DNA of 64,000 nt from Mustelus asterias (GCF_964213995.1 NC_135823.1:36828001-36892000), one strand, 5' to 3'. Positions 53,060-64,000 are shown, numbered from the stretch's first letter. Notes: generated from the letters alone by a model not told the origin. A program made the numbers and translations.

Positions 53060-54960
53060 TGTCTTGCTTAAATCACAGAATTGATTTGGTCCATTGTCTG
53101 CACCAGCTCTGTGAATGAGCAACTAACCTAGTGTCATTCCCCTGCCTTCTCCCCATAAACCTACACATTCTTCCTTTTCAGGTAATAGTATAATTCCTTT
53201 TTGAATACTGCCTCCACCACACTCTGGCAGTGTATTCCACTCGCTGTGTGAAAATGCTTTTCCCGCAAAATACTTTTGCTTCTTTTACTAATTAATTTAA
53301 ATCTGTGCTCTCTCCTTCCCTTTCCTTTCGAATAGGAACGGTTTCTCCCTATTTCCTCTGTCCAGACCCTTCATAATTTTGAATATTTTTATCAAATCTC
53401 CTGTAACAGTCCTAACCCTAACTTCTCCAATCCATCTTCATAATTGAAGTTCCTCATCCCTGGAACTATACCCGTGAATCTCTTCTGCACTCTCTAATGT
53501 CTTCCCATCCTTCCTAAAGTGCAGCACCCAGAATGGGATGCAATACCCTAGCTGAGGCCGAACAAGTGACTTGGACAAGCTCAACCCTTGCTCCTGTATC
53601 TGTGCCGCTCTTAAAACCCAGGATACTGTATGCTTTATTAACCATACTCCACCTGACCTGCCACATTTAATAACTTGTGTACATATACACCCAGGTCTGA
53701 CTGCTCTTGCACCTCTTAGCTTTTCTTTCCATTCTTCCTCCCAAAATGTATCACATCATATTTCTCCATGCTGAACCTCATCTGCCACCTGTTTGGCCAT
53801 TCCACTAACATATTTATGTCCTTTTGAAGTTCTGCGTTATCCTTACAGCTCACAATGCTTCCAAGTTTTATATCATCTTCAACCTTTTGAAATTGTCCCC
53901 TATACACCAAGATCTAGGTTATTAATACATGTCAGAAAAGGCACGGGTCCCAACTGTAACCCCAAGGGAGCTCCCCAACAAACCTCCACAAAAAACATTC
54001 ATTAACCACTATTTTGTAGTTTCCTGTTACTCGGTCAATTTCGTATCCATATTGCTAATGTCCTTTTTATTCCACAAACTATAATTTTGCTCAAGTCTGT
54101 TGTAAGGCACTATATCAAACATGTTTTGGAAGTCCCATGTACACCATATCAACAGCAATGTCCTCTCTCTTATCTCTCCAAAAAACAACTCTGGCAAGTT
54201 AGTTAAACTTTACTTTTCCTGAAGAAATCCATGCTGGTTTTGCTTCATTAACTTGCATTTGTACTCATAATTATTAGCTTTGTCAAGATTAATGTTTCTA
54301 GAAATTTCCCCAACATCAAAGTTAAACTGATGTTGCTGGGCTTGTCTTGACATCCTTTTTAGAACAAGAGGGTAATATTTACAATGTTCCAGTCCTCCCA
54401 AGACCATCCCTGAGTCTAAGGAAAACTGAAAAATTATAGTCAGTGCCTCTGCATTTTTTACTCTCTCTTCCCTCTGTATCCTTGGATGCATCTCATCTGG
54501 TCCTGGTGCCTTGGAGGCACTGTGGTTAGCACTGCTGCCTCACAGCACCAGGGACCCAGATTTGATTCCAGCCTGTGGAGTTTGCATGTTCTCCCTGTGT
54601 CTGAGCGGGTTTCCTCCGGGTAATCTGGTTTCCTCCCACAGTCCAGAGATGTGCAGGCTAGGTGGATTGGCCGTGCTAAATTGCCCCTTAGTGTCCCAAT
54701 TTGTGTAGGTTAGATGGGTTAGTCATGGTAAATGTGTGGGATTACAAGGATAGGGTAAGAGAGAAGGCCTGGGTGGGATGCTCTGCTGGAGAGTCAGTGC
54801 AGACTTGATGGGCCGAACGTCCACGTGTACTGTAGGGATTCTATGATTAAGTGCAGATAACCTATCCAATGCCACCTTTCTTTCCAATTTTAAATTAATC
54901 TCATGTCTGAATTACCTCCTGTTTTACCATGGCCTCTGGCATCTTCTTCCTTGGTAAAGA
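53060..54960 (-). mobile_element. CR1 LINE, antisense, with a nested HE1-like SINE
   Basis: Minus-strand ORFs LQKDINMLVEW..WQMRFS..K and MHPRI..AEALTIIFQFSLDSG..NQHGF. Confidence 0.85.
54512..54848 (+). mobile_element. HE1-like V-SINE
   Basis: GTGGTTAGCACTGCTGCCTCACAGC head, V-domain, and CR1-like tail GATGGGCCGAA..CTGTAGGGATTCTATGATT. Confidence 0.85.
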
Positions 54961-55225
54961 CATGTAAATGAAATGGATCTCACTTGTGATTACATTGTAT
55001 CCTAAATCTAATTTATTAATAAAGTATAATCCCTGTTCAGTTCTATTTTGTCAGCAACAAGTTAGTTTTATCACATCTGTCTGTGGCATAAACTGCATCC
55101 TTAAACTGCTATTTGAGTAAAATCCTAGAAACTTAAATGGAAAAACAAATGATTGAGGTGTGTTGAGAATAGAATGGGATGGAATTTCGAACTTATCCTC
55201 AGCCACAGTATTCTTTTATTTGCAG

Positions 55226-55614
55226 GCTGTGAACAACTTCAAAAATGAAACTGGTTACACAAAAAGAACTCGCAAGCAACAGCAGACTCAGCAACAACGA
55301 CAAGTTCCATCCCATCAAATGCATAATCAACAATCTGCTCTGAGGCCATTAACCCAACTCAACCCTCAGCCTGTTCTCTCTGTAAACAGAACAGCCATCT
55401 CAAAGCCACCAGACATGCCAGTCACCACTCCTACTCCAACTGGTCTCGCATCTGTCCCTGCTTCCCTTCCAAGTGCAACCGCTGCCCCAGTACGTGCTCC
55501 TTCTCCTGTGAAAACTAGTAGAGCTCCCACCACTGCCAACAATGCTCCAGATTTGTCATCAGCTACAGTTCATGTTCATCAGCTGCCTCCAAAGCATGAA
55601 GAAGGGGATATTCC
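55226..55614 (+). CDS. RBBP6: RBBP6 exon 10 (AVNNFKNETGYTKR followed by a Q-rich then P/T/A/S-rich linker)
   Basis: 389 nt open frame, TTTGCAG| acceptor, CC|GTAAGT donor. Confidence 0.95.
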
Positions 55615-55869
55615 GTAAGTTTCATTCTTGTCAGAACTTTTTAGGGATTGCAGTAGCATCTTGCTGTCCACTTCAAGGAAGTTGTTTAATAGATTACATC
55701 ACAAGGACATCTGCACAAAACCAGACCATAGTTTGTGCCGCTGCTACACATTAAATTCTCATGTGGTTCAAATGTTCCTATCATTTCAGTCAATATTTCA
55801 CCATTTTGTTTTTTAAACTACACTTCTTGATTAGGTTCTAATTTGTACCTAATTCCTGAAAATTTATTA

Positions 55870-56900
55870 TATAAACCGTCAGCCAATAATAATCCACTCA
55901 GTTGGTCGCCTTTAGTCTTCTATGGCAGCCCCTGTGACAGTACATAGCTAACTCCAGAACAATTCCAAAATCTTTGCTTCCCCTTTCCAATGCAGAATAC
56001 CACATCATTATCCAAATATTGATCGCTCCTTACCTGAACTGATTGTAGACTGTAACTTAATCCTGGATATCTGTTCCACGACACACTATTGGATTCCAGT
56101 TGGTAGTGTGACACTTCTCAACCACTTCTTATGGTATTAACCAAGCTGGATGACTTAAATAGAATGTCATAAGTCATTAGCATAATCACTTTCCAATTTT
56201 ACTTGTACGATTGCTAACTCCTTCCCTATCTCCTTCCAGAAAAAAATGAACAGGCTCATTACATTTAGAAATTCATTTTTTTTAAAGTCAGTGGTTCGTT
56301 TTTTTTTGATTGTTCAGTTGCTTGTGTCTTCAATGATCTTCATCACGCCATCTATTTGGGGGGGGTGGGGGGGGGGGGGGTGGCTATTGTCACCCCAAAT
56401 TTCTGTGCGTGACCTTGCGTTTGCCTACATTGAAATCCATTAGCCATGGTTGCCTATAATCTATTGATATCTCTTCCATCTACACTGCTTATTGTGCCAG
56501 TGGCAAATTTGGAAATGTGGCTTTCTATCCTGTCTTCTAAGCTTGAATAAATCTGATGAATTCTCTCTCTTTTTCTCTCACCACACCAATAATTTGCCTT
56601 CAATTCTATCAATTTCGACTTTCACTAAAAGCCTCTTAAGAGTTTCATTCTTCATTCATCAGATGCCTTCTGGAAGTCCAGTTCAATAACATCCATAGAC
56701 ATTCCTCTGCCCATTACTTCAAAACATTGCCAGGTTATTCAAGCATGATCTGCCCTTTTCAAATCCATGCTGATGCTCTCTAATCAGCTGAAAATGTTCT
56801 CCGTCAACCTAATCTTAATTATAGACACTGTAATTTCACAACAACGGATGTTAAATTAACTGGTCTATAATTCCATGATTTCACTCTGTTGCCTTTCTTA
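55870..56900 (-). mobile_element. Old CR1 fragments
   Basis: Reverse-complemented CR1 RT motifs, including the GCATGGATTT (QHGF) and TATAGACCAGTT (YRPV) regions. Confidence 0.55.
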
Positions 56901-56966
56901 ATTGCTTTCTTTAATTGTCATCTTATCTCCATTTGTAAAGCTTTACTTTTAAAGATTTCTCACCGG

Positions 56967-57050
56967 GATCTTCTGGTGCCACTGACGGCAAACCCCTTCG
57001 AGGGCAGGATTCAATGGAAATCTCATTGACAGCAGTGGGACCAGAAGATC
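56967..57050. repeat. Palindromic MITE-like hairpin
   Basis: GATCTTCTGGTGCCACTG (56967-56984) and CAGTGGGACCAGAAGATC (57033-57050) are 17/18 complementary; inner hairpin TCAATG..CATTGA. Confidence 0.7.
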
Positions 57051-57397
57051 TTGTGGCTGGCTGCCTCCCTCCGCCACAAAATGCTGTGGGGGTGTGGAGT
57101 ATCCACCTCTCCCAGTGTCGCTATAAGCTGTTTATTCTATGCTGCTGTTAGATTTTGTAAAAAGGAGCGTGATACAATGTGAACTTTTGGCCAGGATGAC
57201 AATGGGATTAAGCTAAAGAAGTTAGACTCTGTAACACATAGTATATAGGCAGAACAAGGTATTTTCCAACTAATCATAAATTCACCTCGAGAACTAATTC
57301 AAATGGATGCTGTTCATCCATTCCCACAAGCAATAAGTCTTGAAGTTAAATCTCAATTAAATGTTAAAGTTGTGTTTTGTTCTTATTTCATGTTCAG

Positions 57398-57488
57398 TGA
57401 ACTCAGCAAAACGGTTGCAGTTACTGTCACGACTGGAATTACCACTAGCAATCCGCCTATGTCTACGAGCAGTACTTCTGCATTGAAG
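57398..57488 (+). CDS. RBBP6: RBBP6 exon 11 (ELSKTVAVTVTTGITTSNPPMSTSSTSALK)
   Basis: 91 nt, phase 2-0 exactly bridging exons 10 and 12; TGTTCAG| acceptor and AAG|GTATGT donor. The peptide itself is poorly conserved. Confidence 0.8.
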
Positions 57489-57872
57489 GTATGTCATTTA
57501 TCATGTGTCAATGTTTTACAGTAATACATAGTTGTCCTGCATGATGCACTGCCATACATAGGGTAATTTACATGTACCTTTTAAAAAGTATCGTCGTCCC
57601 CCAACTTTACGCAGCAAGCTTCCCGAGCTCAATTCAGCTAGTAGCAGCTATGAGAAAAGGCATTGCATGCACAGTTGGGACCTGGAGTGGGAAAACTTAA
57701 AGTTATAGGGGGGAGAAATGGAAGAGGCAGGAAGGAATAGAATGAAAAAGGGAGACCAAAATGTATGTACGCCATCTATGAAATTTAACAGCATGTTGCA
57801 TGTGACATGAAGTTGAAATTCAGCTGCTTACAGGCTAAACTTTAAAATTAAGCAGATCAGTGACCAAAAGGT

Positions 57873-57920
57873 CATTGTCTTTAGTATGCATAACAACATT
57901 GTCTTTAGTATGCATAACAA
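57873..57920. repeat. Perfect 24-bp tandem duplication
   Basis: CATTGTCTTTAGTATGCATAACAA x2. Confidence 0.95.
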
Positions 57921-58352
57921 TGACAGGATGGTTAACCAAAAGCATTGCACAGATCTTGATCTAGATTGGATGGTAATTGAGAAGTGTACTATGAATGTGA
58001 GGTTTCCCTGCATTCTAGCCAAACCACTGATAAATTATACTGTCTTTTACCTGTCAAGAGGTAAAAAGCTATCATTTCTGGTCTTGCAATTGAATATATG
58101 GGATGCGGTTTGTTCCATTTAAATTTTTATTCTGTGGAGCAAAATTTTTGATCCATTGAGGTTGCATTGCAAAAGGAAGAAATTTGGTTTGTTTAAATTT
58201 TATGCAATTAGTGCCATTAGAATTCTGTTCAATGGAAGAACATTTGTTCATTGTCTTGCACTTGCTTTAAACTGTTAATTAACTTGTAATCTACCCAGTG
58301 GGCGATGTACCATTACTTTTATTGTCTTAATAGTCATCTGGTTCCATTTCAG

Positions 58353-58413
58353 GGTTATCAGGTTCCTGTTCTTGGTCATCCTGCTTCACATGGACAGTCC
58401 ATACCCACAACAG
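58353..58413 (+). CDS. RBBP6: RBBP6 exon 12 (GYQVPVLGHPASHGQSIPTT)
   Basis: 61 nt; GYQVPVLG motif; CAG|GTTTGT donor. Confidence 0.93.
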
Positions 58414-58495
58414 GTTTGTTATTCAGAAATATTTTTCAATTTGACTTCGTTATAAAAATTCAATTGAAGCATTAATTTCTATAAACTTTGTTTAG

Positions 58496-58553
58496 GTCAG
58501 CCAATGAGGACCAGTGGGGTACGACCACCAGGAAACAGACCTGGCTGGGAAGT
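58496..58553 (+). CDS. RBBP6: RBBP6 exon 13 (GQPMRTSGVRPPGNRPGWEV)
   Basis: 58 nt, phase 1-2; RPGWE motif; |GTAAGT donor. Confidence 0.92.
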
Positions 58554-59518
58554 GTAAGTAGGAACCATACTGATTTTCTATGTCCAAACTCGACAACTGT
58601 ATCTTCCTGGATATTTTTCAATTTTATGGCCCTATGACTTCAACCCTCGTGTTTTTGGGCATAGGTTATTTTTTTCCTTTTATAGCGAGCAATCCTAGGA
58701 TTAGGGATAGGTGCAGATTAGAAATCTTTTTACCCTGACTAGGCAAGCACGCACCAGTTGTGTGCAGCATGAAGCTTTGTGACTTCCCCGGGTCCCAACT
58801 TCAGAAAAGCATTTTTACTGCACCGCTGACAACACTGGCTTTTCGATGTGGACTTGACATTTTGAATTGTGTGCACTTCTGTATTATCTACTTGCAGCCA
58901 CTAGTTCTTAGGTGGTCATTTTTGTAGCCGGGAAAGAGAAGGACATCCGATTGTCCTGGGCTACGTTCTAACTAAGGTGGCTCACAGCAGCAGGACTGTG
59001 TGCTGAAGCCCAGAAATGCTTTAATGTGATGAAACCCTACATAAACAGAAGTAATAACTTCTTCTCCCTCGTTCTATTCAAATAATTGCCAAAATGAACC
59101 TGTTACTTGGCTGATTTCTAATTTTATTTCCTAGATATGTGGTTACAGAAATCATAGTATTTCACTGACTCTTTTGGACATTCTTAACTATTTCATTTAG
59201 ATCTTCATTCCATTTAAGTATAAATTTTCATCATTACAGATTGCAGTGAGTATAACTTTGATAGTTCAGTGGTTTTTCAGAGAGCAGTATAAATTGAGTG
59301 AATTCCATTCAGTTTCTAGTTGAGTTGTCCACCAAGATTTCTGGGAGCCAGTGTTGCTGCCAACATCTTGGTTTTCCACAGAACGCTAAAATACCTACCA
59401 ATGCATCTGCAGTAATGGAAAGTTCTGAATGGGTACCATATGCCAAATATGAATCCTTCTTCAGATGTTTACAGATGATCTGCTCCTACTTATCTTTTTT
59501 TTAAATCATCTCCCCTAG

Positions 59519-59878
59519 ACCATCCAACAGAGGGCATCAGCAGAGTGATCGTGTTCCACGAAGCCGAACACAGGCAACAAATCCCCCACCAGTGTACGTG
59601 CACCCCCCAGCCTTGTATCCTCCACCACCTCACCCAGTTCCTCTTCCTCCAGGAGTGCCTCCTCCTCAATTTCCTCCACAGTTTCCTCCTGGCCAACCCC
59701 CACCCACAGGATTTAGCATCCCTCCGCCAGGATTCCCTCCAGCTCCAGCCACAATTTCTGCCCCATGGGTACCACCTGCCACCCCAGCGGCTCCTGCCAG
59801 TGTATTACCAACAGTCACACAAGCACCTCCACTGTCCAGGGAGGAGTTCTACAGGGAGCAGCGACGTCTAAAAGAGGA
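59519..59878 (+). CDS. RBBP6: RBBP6 proline-rich exon, human exon 15 equivalent (PSNRG...PPGVPPPQFPPQFPPGQPPP...LSREEFYREQRRLKE)
   Basis: 360 nt, phase 2-2; CCCCTAG| acceptor, GA|GTGAGT donor. Confidence 0.96.
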
Positions 59879-61640
59879 GTGAGTGGTTAAGTTTATCTTT
59901 AAGGTCTTTGTATTTTCTGTTGTCAGTGCGTATGATGAAGTTCTTTGAGAAGCTGGCTGCAGTTTAGCTGTCAGTAGATGCATTATTTGCAACATAACTG
60001 TTCAAAGTCTAAAATAAAATGCCAATTGCATTATCGCAGGTTATTCAGCATCCATGAAAAAGGAAGCTTAATGTGTCAGATGGGGTCCTTCATTATGATT
60101 TCCCAAACATTAAAAGTTTCAGTCTTTCAAATTCAACTGATCTGCAGATGTTCATAATGTTCGAGCAATAATTACATTAAATGCAGTTGGAGTTCAGTTG
60201 CTACTTTTAGAAGTCATGCTGAGAAATAGTGAAAGATGGAAGCATCTTTCTCAATTCCGTTTCAGTAGTTAATGATCTCTATCTATAGCAGACAGCTTCT
60301 GTGCAGTCCAGCCATGAACATATAAAAATATGTTTGTTTGAAGAGTATATCTTGTTGACCCTTAAATGCAGGACAGGAGCCTGACGCTCCTCTGTAATTA
60401 AATTGTTACTTGGTAGTACAAAACTTAAATATTGCTTAAAAGAGACATGTTGCCAAAGTTTTTTGTTTTGCACTCGAAGAGCAAGAATGCCGAATTCCAA
60501 ATGATTAAAACAATTTGTACTACAGGAGAAAAGTGTGCTAATTGGTTGGCAAGTTGACTGATTCTTTTCTTCATGACACCGTTCTGTAAGATGAAGAGCT
60601 TGTGCAACATATCGCTTTCAGCTGTGTCCACTATAATTACGAAAAAAAACGTGAAACAAAAACCTTTCTGCAAAGACCAGCATTTCATTCAGAGTGTTCT
60701 TGATAGTCACAAACCACCTGAGGACACAAATTGAATCAAATGTTGTTTTGTATTGGACTGAATTTTAAACAAGGTCACTACTATGTAGAATTTCTGTTTC
60801 CTCGGGCTGCAAGTGACTAACAGGTTAATGCAGCATAGCCATGATTTTTGACTGCCAGGCAACAAATAAGAACACTATCCATAGCCCAGCAAACAAAAGA
60901 CCATGTTAGCTGCCTTCTCGAGTGGCCTGACAATTAGCAGGATGGGCTCCAACCCTCTTAACAGCTGTGATTTTATTTTCCCTCTGTGTAGCACTACTTC
61001 TGTTGGATTCAGCAAAAAACAACCTTATCCAATTGTCCATTATCTGCTGCTGGTCAGTCCTGGGCCAGTGTTAATGGCCACTTCAAGGTCATCATCAGCT
61101 TGACTGTCCTGCCATGAAGTGCATGCGACAGCTTAATGGTCACCAGAAGAGGAAACCAACAGGGATATGTTTCAAATAATTTAATAATCCTGCTACACCT
61201 TAGAATTTCCAAATACCACAAATGTCTCTTATGCAAGTTTCATTTCTGTATTTGCTTTGTGCCTTCTGAGTAGAGGGAAACAGTTTGTTTGCTTATGCAA
61301 ATTGAACTTTGTACACTGCTTATAAGAGTGCAAGCTGTTATGTGACTAACACACTTGGACTATATTATAGAACCAATTCAAGAAATTGATCAGAAGTGAG
61401 CAGGCTGCAGAGTTGTGACTTCACTTCATACGATGCAGATTGTATTCTGATTCAATTCTATGTTTAATGCGTATTAAAGTGGGAGAGTTAAACTGTTGTT
61501 GCTAACATTTTAAGAAAGTTTTCACACTGCCAGATTCATAGATGTGTTGCTGTACTAAATATTTAAAAGTCCTGCAATCTTAAGTTTTCTTTTTTGCGTT
61601 CTGTCCTTCCCCCAACCCTCTGGCACCAAAAACATTTTAG

Positions 61641-61742
61641 GGAGAAGAAAAAGTCGAAGCTTGATGAGTTCACCAATGATTTTGCCAAAGAGTTAATGGA
61701 ATATAGAAAAATCCAGAAAGAACGCAGACGTTCCTACTCAAG
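61641..61742 (+). CDS. RBBP6: RBBP6 102-nt coiled-coil cassette exon, human exon 16 equivalent (EKKKSKLDEFTNDFAKELMEYRKIQKERRRSYSR)
   Basis: Symmetric phase 2-2, 34 codons, near-identical to the human alternatively spliced exon. Confidence 0.97.
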
Positions 61743-61982
61743 GTAAATTGGCTTGTTGTGAAATTTGATCATGTGCAGATCTCGGGTAAAAAGTGGAACT
61801 CATTTGCAATCTCATTTACTCAACCTGTAATTGGAGGGGCAGTCTGATCTAACAATTGCATGTACCATTGTGCTGGCCTAATAAAACAGCAATCTCCTGT
61901 AATGGTGGTGTTCCTCATTTCTTTGATTCTATAAAGTTGCAGGGGAGATGTATTTTTGCACGAGCTATCCCCACTCCAATGC

Positions 61983-62012
61983 TTCTCATGGTCATAGTTC
62001 TCATGGTCATAG
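61983..62012. repeat. 15-bp tandem duplication
   Basis: TTCTCATGGTCATAG x2. Confidence 0.9.
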
Positions 62013-62499
62013 TATTGCTGGCATACTTGCAGCTTAATGTTTGAAAGAGCAGTGACCCTCCTGTGCTAACACCTGACCTTAAAGGATACAAAATAAGGTT
62101 TATGTCCTTGCTGTCTTAATCTTCCCTCTGCTGGCACGTGACATTCAGAGAGGAGTCTCCTCTCTCAGATCAAAGCTCTCTCTGGTTTATTTACATATTG
62201 TGATTGGTGCCTCAGCAGTCTTTCAAATGGTGTATTTGTGTTTGTGAAAATCATGACTTCAAGTGAAACAATTTCAAATAAATTCTAGGTGCCAAAGTGA
62301 ACCAATGTTGAAGTCGGAGATTTTTGTTTTTTCCGGGCAAGAAAGGTCGAATGAAAAGTTGAAATACTATGCTGTACATATGCAGCATGCCTAGCTGGAC
62401 TAACTTGAAAAATACAATATAACAGAATTACTATAAGATAACATAATAAATCAGCTTCTGTCTCTCACTGCACTCCTGAAACTCAGTTCAGCTTCTTGT

Positions 62500-62640
62500 T
62501 TGCTTTCCTTTCGCAATCTGTTTCTCTTCCCCTCATTTCCCAGTGTGTCCCTCTCTCCTCTCCTCTCTCGTCCCCTTTTTCTCTCTCTTTTCCCTCTCCT
62601 CCTGTCCTTTTCTCGGTCCCGTCTCTACCCCCCCCCCAAT
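62500..62640. repeat. CT-rich low-complexity tract
   Basis: Nearly pure pyrimidine run. Confidence 0.7.
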
Positions 62641-62647
62641 TCCACAC

Positions 62648-63160
62648 AAGGGAGGTTATGTTTCAGTTAGACCACATCTGGAATACTGTGTACAGTATTG
62701 GTCACATTTAAGGAAGGATGTAAATGCATTAGAAACAGTTCAGAAAACTAAACTAATATTAGGAATTGGCAGGTTACCTTATGAAGAAAGATTGGACAGG
62801 CTAAGCTTGTATTCCCAAGGGTTTAGCAGAGTAAGAATTGACTTAATTGAAACAAAAGATCCTGAGTTGTCTTGACAGAGTTGATATGGAATCTGGGAGA
62901 AGCTAGAACTAGGGGTCACAGTTTAAAAGGAAAGGGTCACTCATCTAAGACCGAGCAAAGAAGAAATGTTTCCTCGTAAAGGTTTCAGAATCCATGGAAC
63001 TTCATCAAAAGACAGTGGGAGCAGAATCTTTGAATGTTTTCAAGGCAGAGTTAGATCCTTGAGAAACAAGGGGTTGAAAGTTAAATGGGAATAACAGACA
63101 GATCGGCCATGATCTTATTGAATTCTGAAGCAGAGTTCATCTATTCATATGCCCTTTGTG
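62648..63160 (+). mobile_element. CR1 3' end
   Basis: VRPHLEYCVQYWSH, YEERLDRLSLYS and RTRGHS motifs, with tail GATCGGCCATGATCTTATTGAA. Confidence 0.85.
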
Positions 63161-63694
63161 TGTGTATCAAAACATGGTAGCAGCTGGCCCAGAGTGCAAC
63201 GACTTTATGTAACAGATATCATCAATTAACTCTATCTTGATGCTACTGTCTAGTTTTGGAACAGCTGAAGTCTGGAAGCAGCAGACAAAGCAGAGTGAGT
63301 CCACCCAGAAACCTGTTTCCAGGCAGACTGACTGTCTGATGCCTACCCCAACTCTTTCTCCTTCCTTGATGGCCACTCCCGTTTAAATCTTCGCTCAATT
63401 TCCCCTAACCCTTTACCTTCCCAATTTAGCTCGCCCAAGATGTAGCCCTAGTTTTTCACATCTCTAAATGAAGCTATCATGTAATCCCAGAAGAATTCTA
63501 GTGAATGTTTCTCACACCTTTTTCCTTCATTCCAATATTCCTTCTATATTGGGAAACCAGTAATCCACCAATGGGCATTTTCTATTCTAATCAAAATGGA
63601 CTCCCTTCGCAAACATATGGCAGAAAACTTCTGCATTTCAGTTGTTTGTTTAAAATATCTGCACTGTAACATTTGATTTCTTTTTCCTGTTCAG

Positions 63695-64000
63695 GTCCAG
63701 GTCACGCTCGTATAGTGGATCATCATTCAGTGGAAGCTCATACTCCTATTCCAAGTCCAGATCACATTCTTCACGATCTTATTCTCGGTCAGTCAGTCGC
63801 TCCCCAAGTCGTTCCTACTCAAGATCTCCTTCATATCGAAGAGGTAGTGGGAAGAGTCGAGGTTATCGATCCAGATCCAGGTCTCGTGGGTTCCACAGAT
63901 CCAGATCCAGGTCACCATCATACAGGAGCTATCGCTCCCGTTCCCGATCGCCGAATTACAAAGCCCATTCTCCTTACAAACGAAGTGCTCCTCAAGGTGA
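63695..64000 (+). CDS. RBBP6: RBBP6 RS-domain exon, human exon 17 equivalent, truncated by the window edge (SRSRSYSGSSFSGSSYSYSKSRS...)
   Basis: TTTTTCCTGTTCAG| acceptor, phase 2; open Arg/Ser-rich frame to 64000. Confidence 0.96.

Noticed and set aside
57873-57920. Direct repeats considered as a CRISPR-like array
   Set aside because: Only two adjacent units with no spacer, in eukaryotic intron DNA; a simple tandem duplication.
59026-59114. C/D box snoRNA candidate (GTGATGA...CTGA)
   Set aside because: No terminal stem adjacent to the boxes, no clear D'/C' boxes, and at most ~8 nt of possible rRNA complementarity.
59490-59871. Overlapping antisense and alternate-frame ORFs on the Pro-rich exon
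   Set aside because: Shadows of CCN-rich codons, which lack stops in other frames.

Overview
This window is vertebrate nuclear DNA, almost certainly from a cartilaginous fish (shark-type HE1/V-SINE, Deu-type SINE, CR1/L2 and Penelope-like repeats). It contains the CpG/GC-box promoter (~22.15-22.7 kb) and 16 GT-AG coding exons of RBBP6 on the + strand, from the ATG at 23520 to the window edge. The reconstructed CDS is 2318 nt in one continuous frame: DWNN ubiquitin-like domain, CCHC zinc knuckle, RING, Pro-rich region, coiled-coil cassette exon and the start of the RS domain. The upstream 22 kb has no recognisable protein gene, only transposon debris: a decayed hAT transposase, an intact hAT MITE with 8-bp TSD, SINEs, LINEs and Penelope-like inverted repeats with hammerhead-core motifs. 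It also shows hints of a divergent spliced non-coding transcript. The most interesting signals are a DWNN-only isoform-3-like read-through, candidate intronic poly(A) sites after exons 3, 4 and 16 of this 3'-end processing factor, a possible 5'UTR intron containing uORFs, and a nested stem-loop where human exon 14 would lie. I found no convincing evidence of a wholly new biological system. Repeat boundaries are approximate and read by eye. Exon numbers follow human RBBP6 as I recall it.
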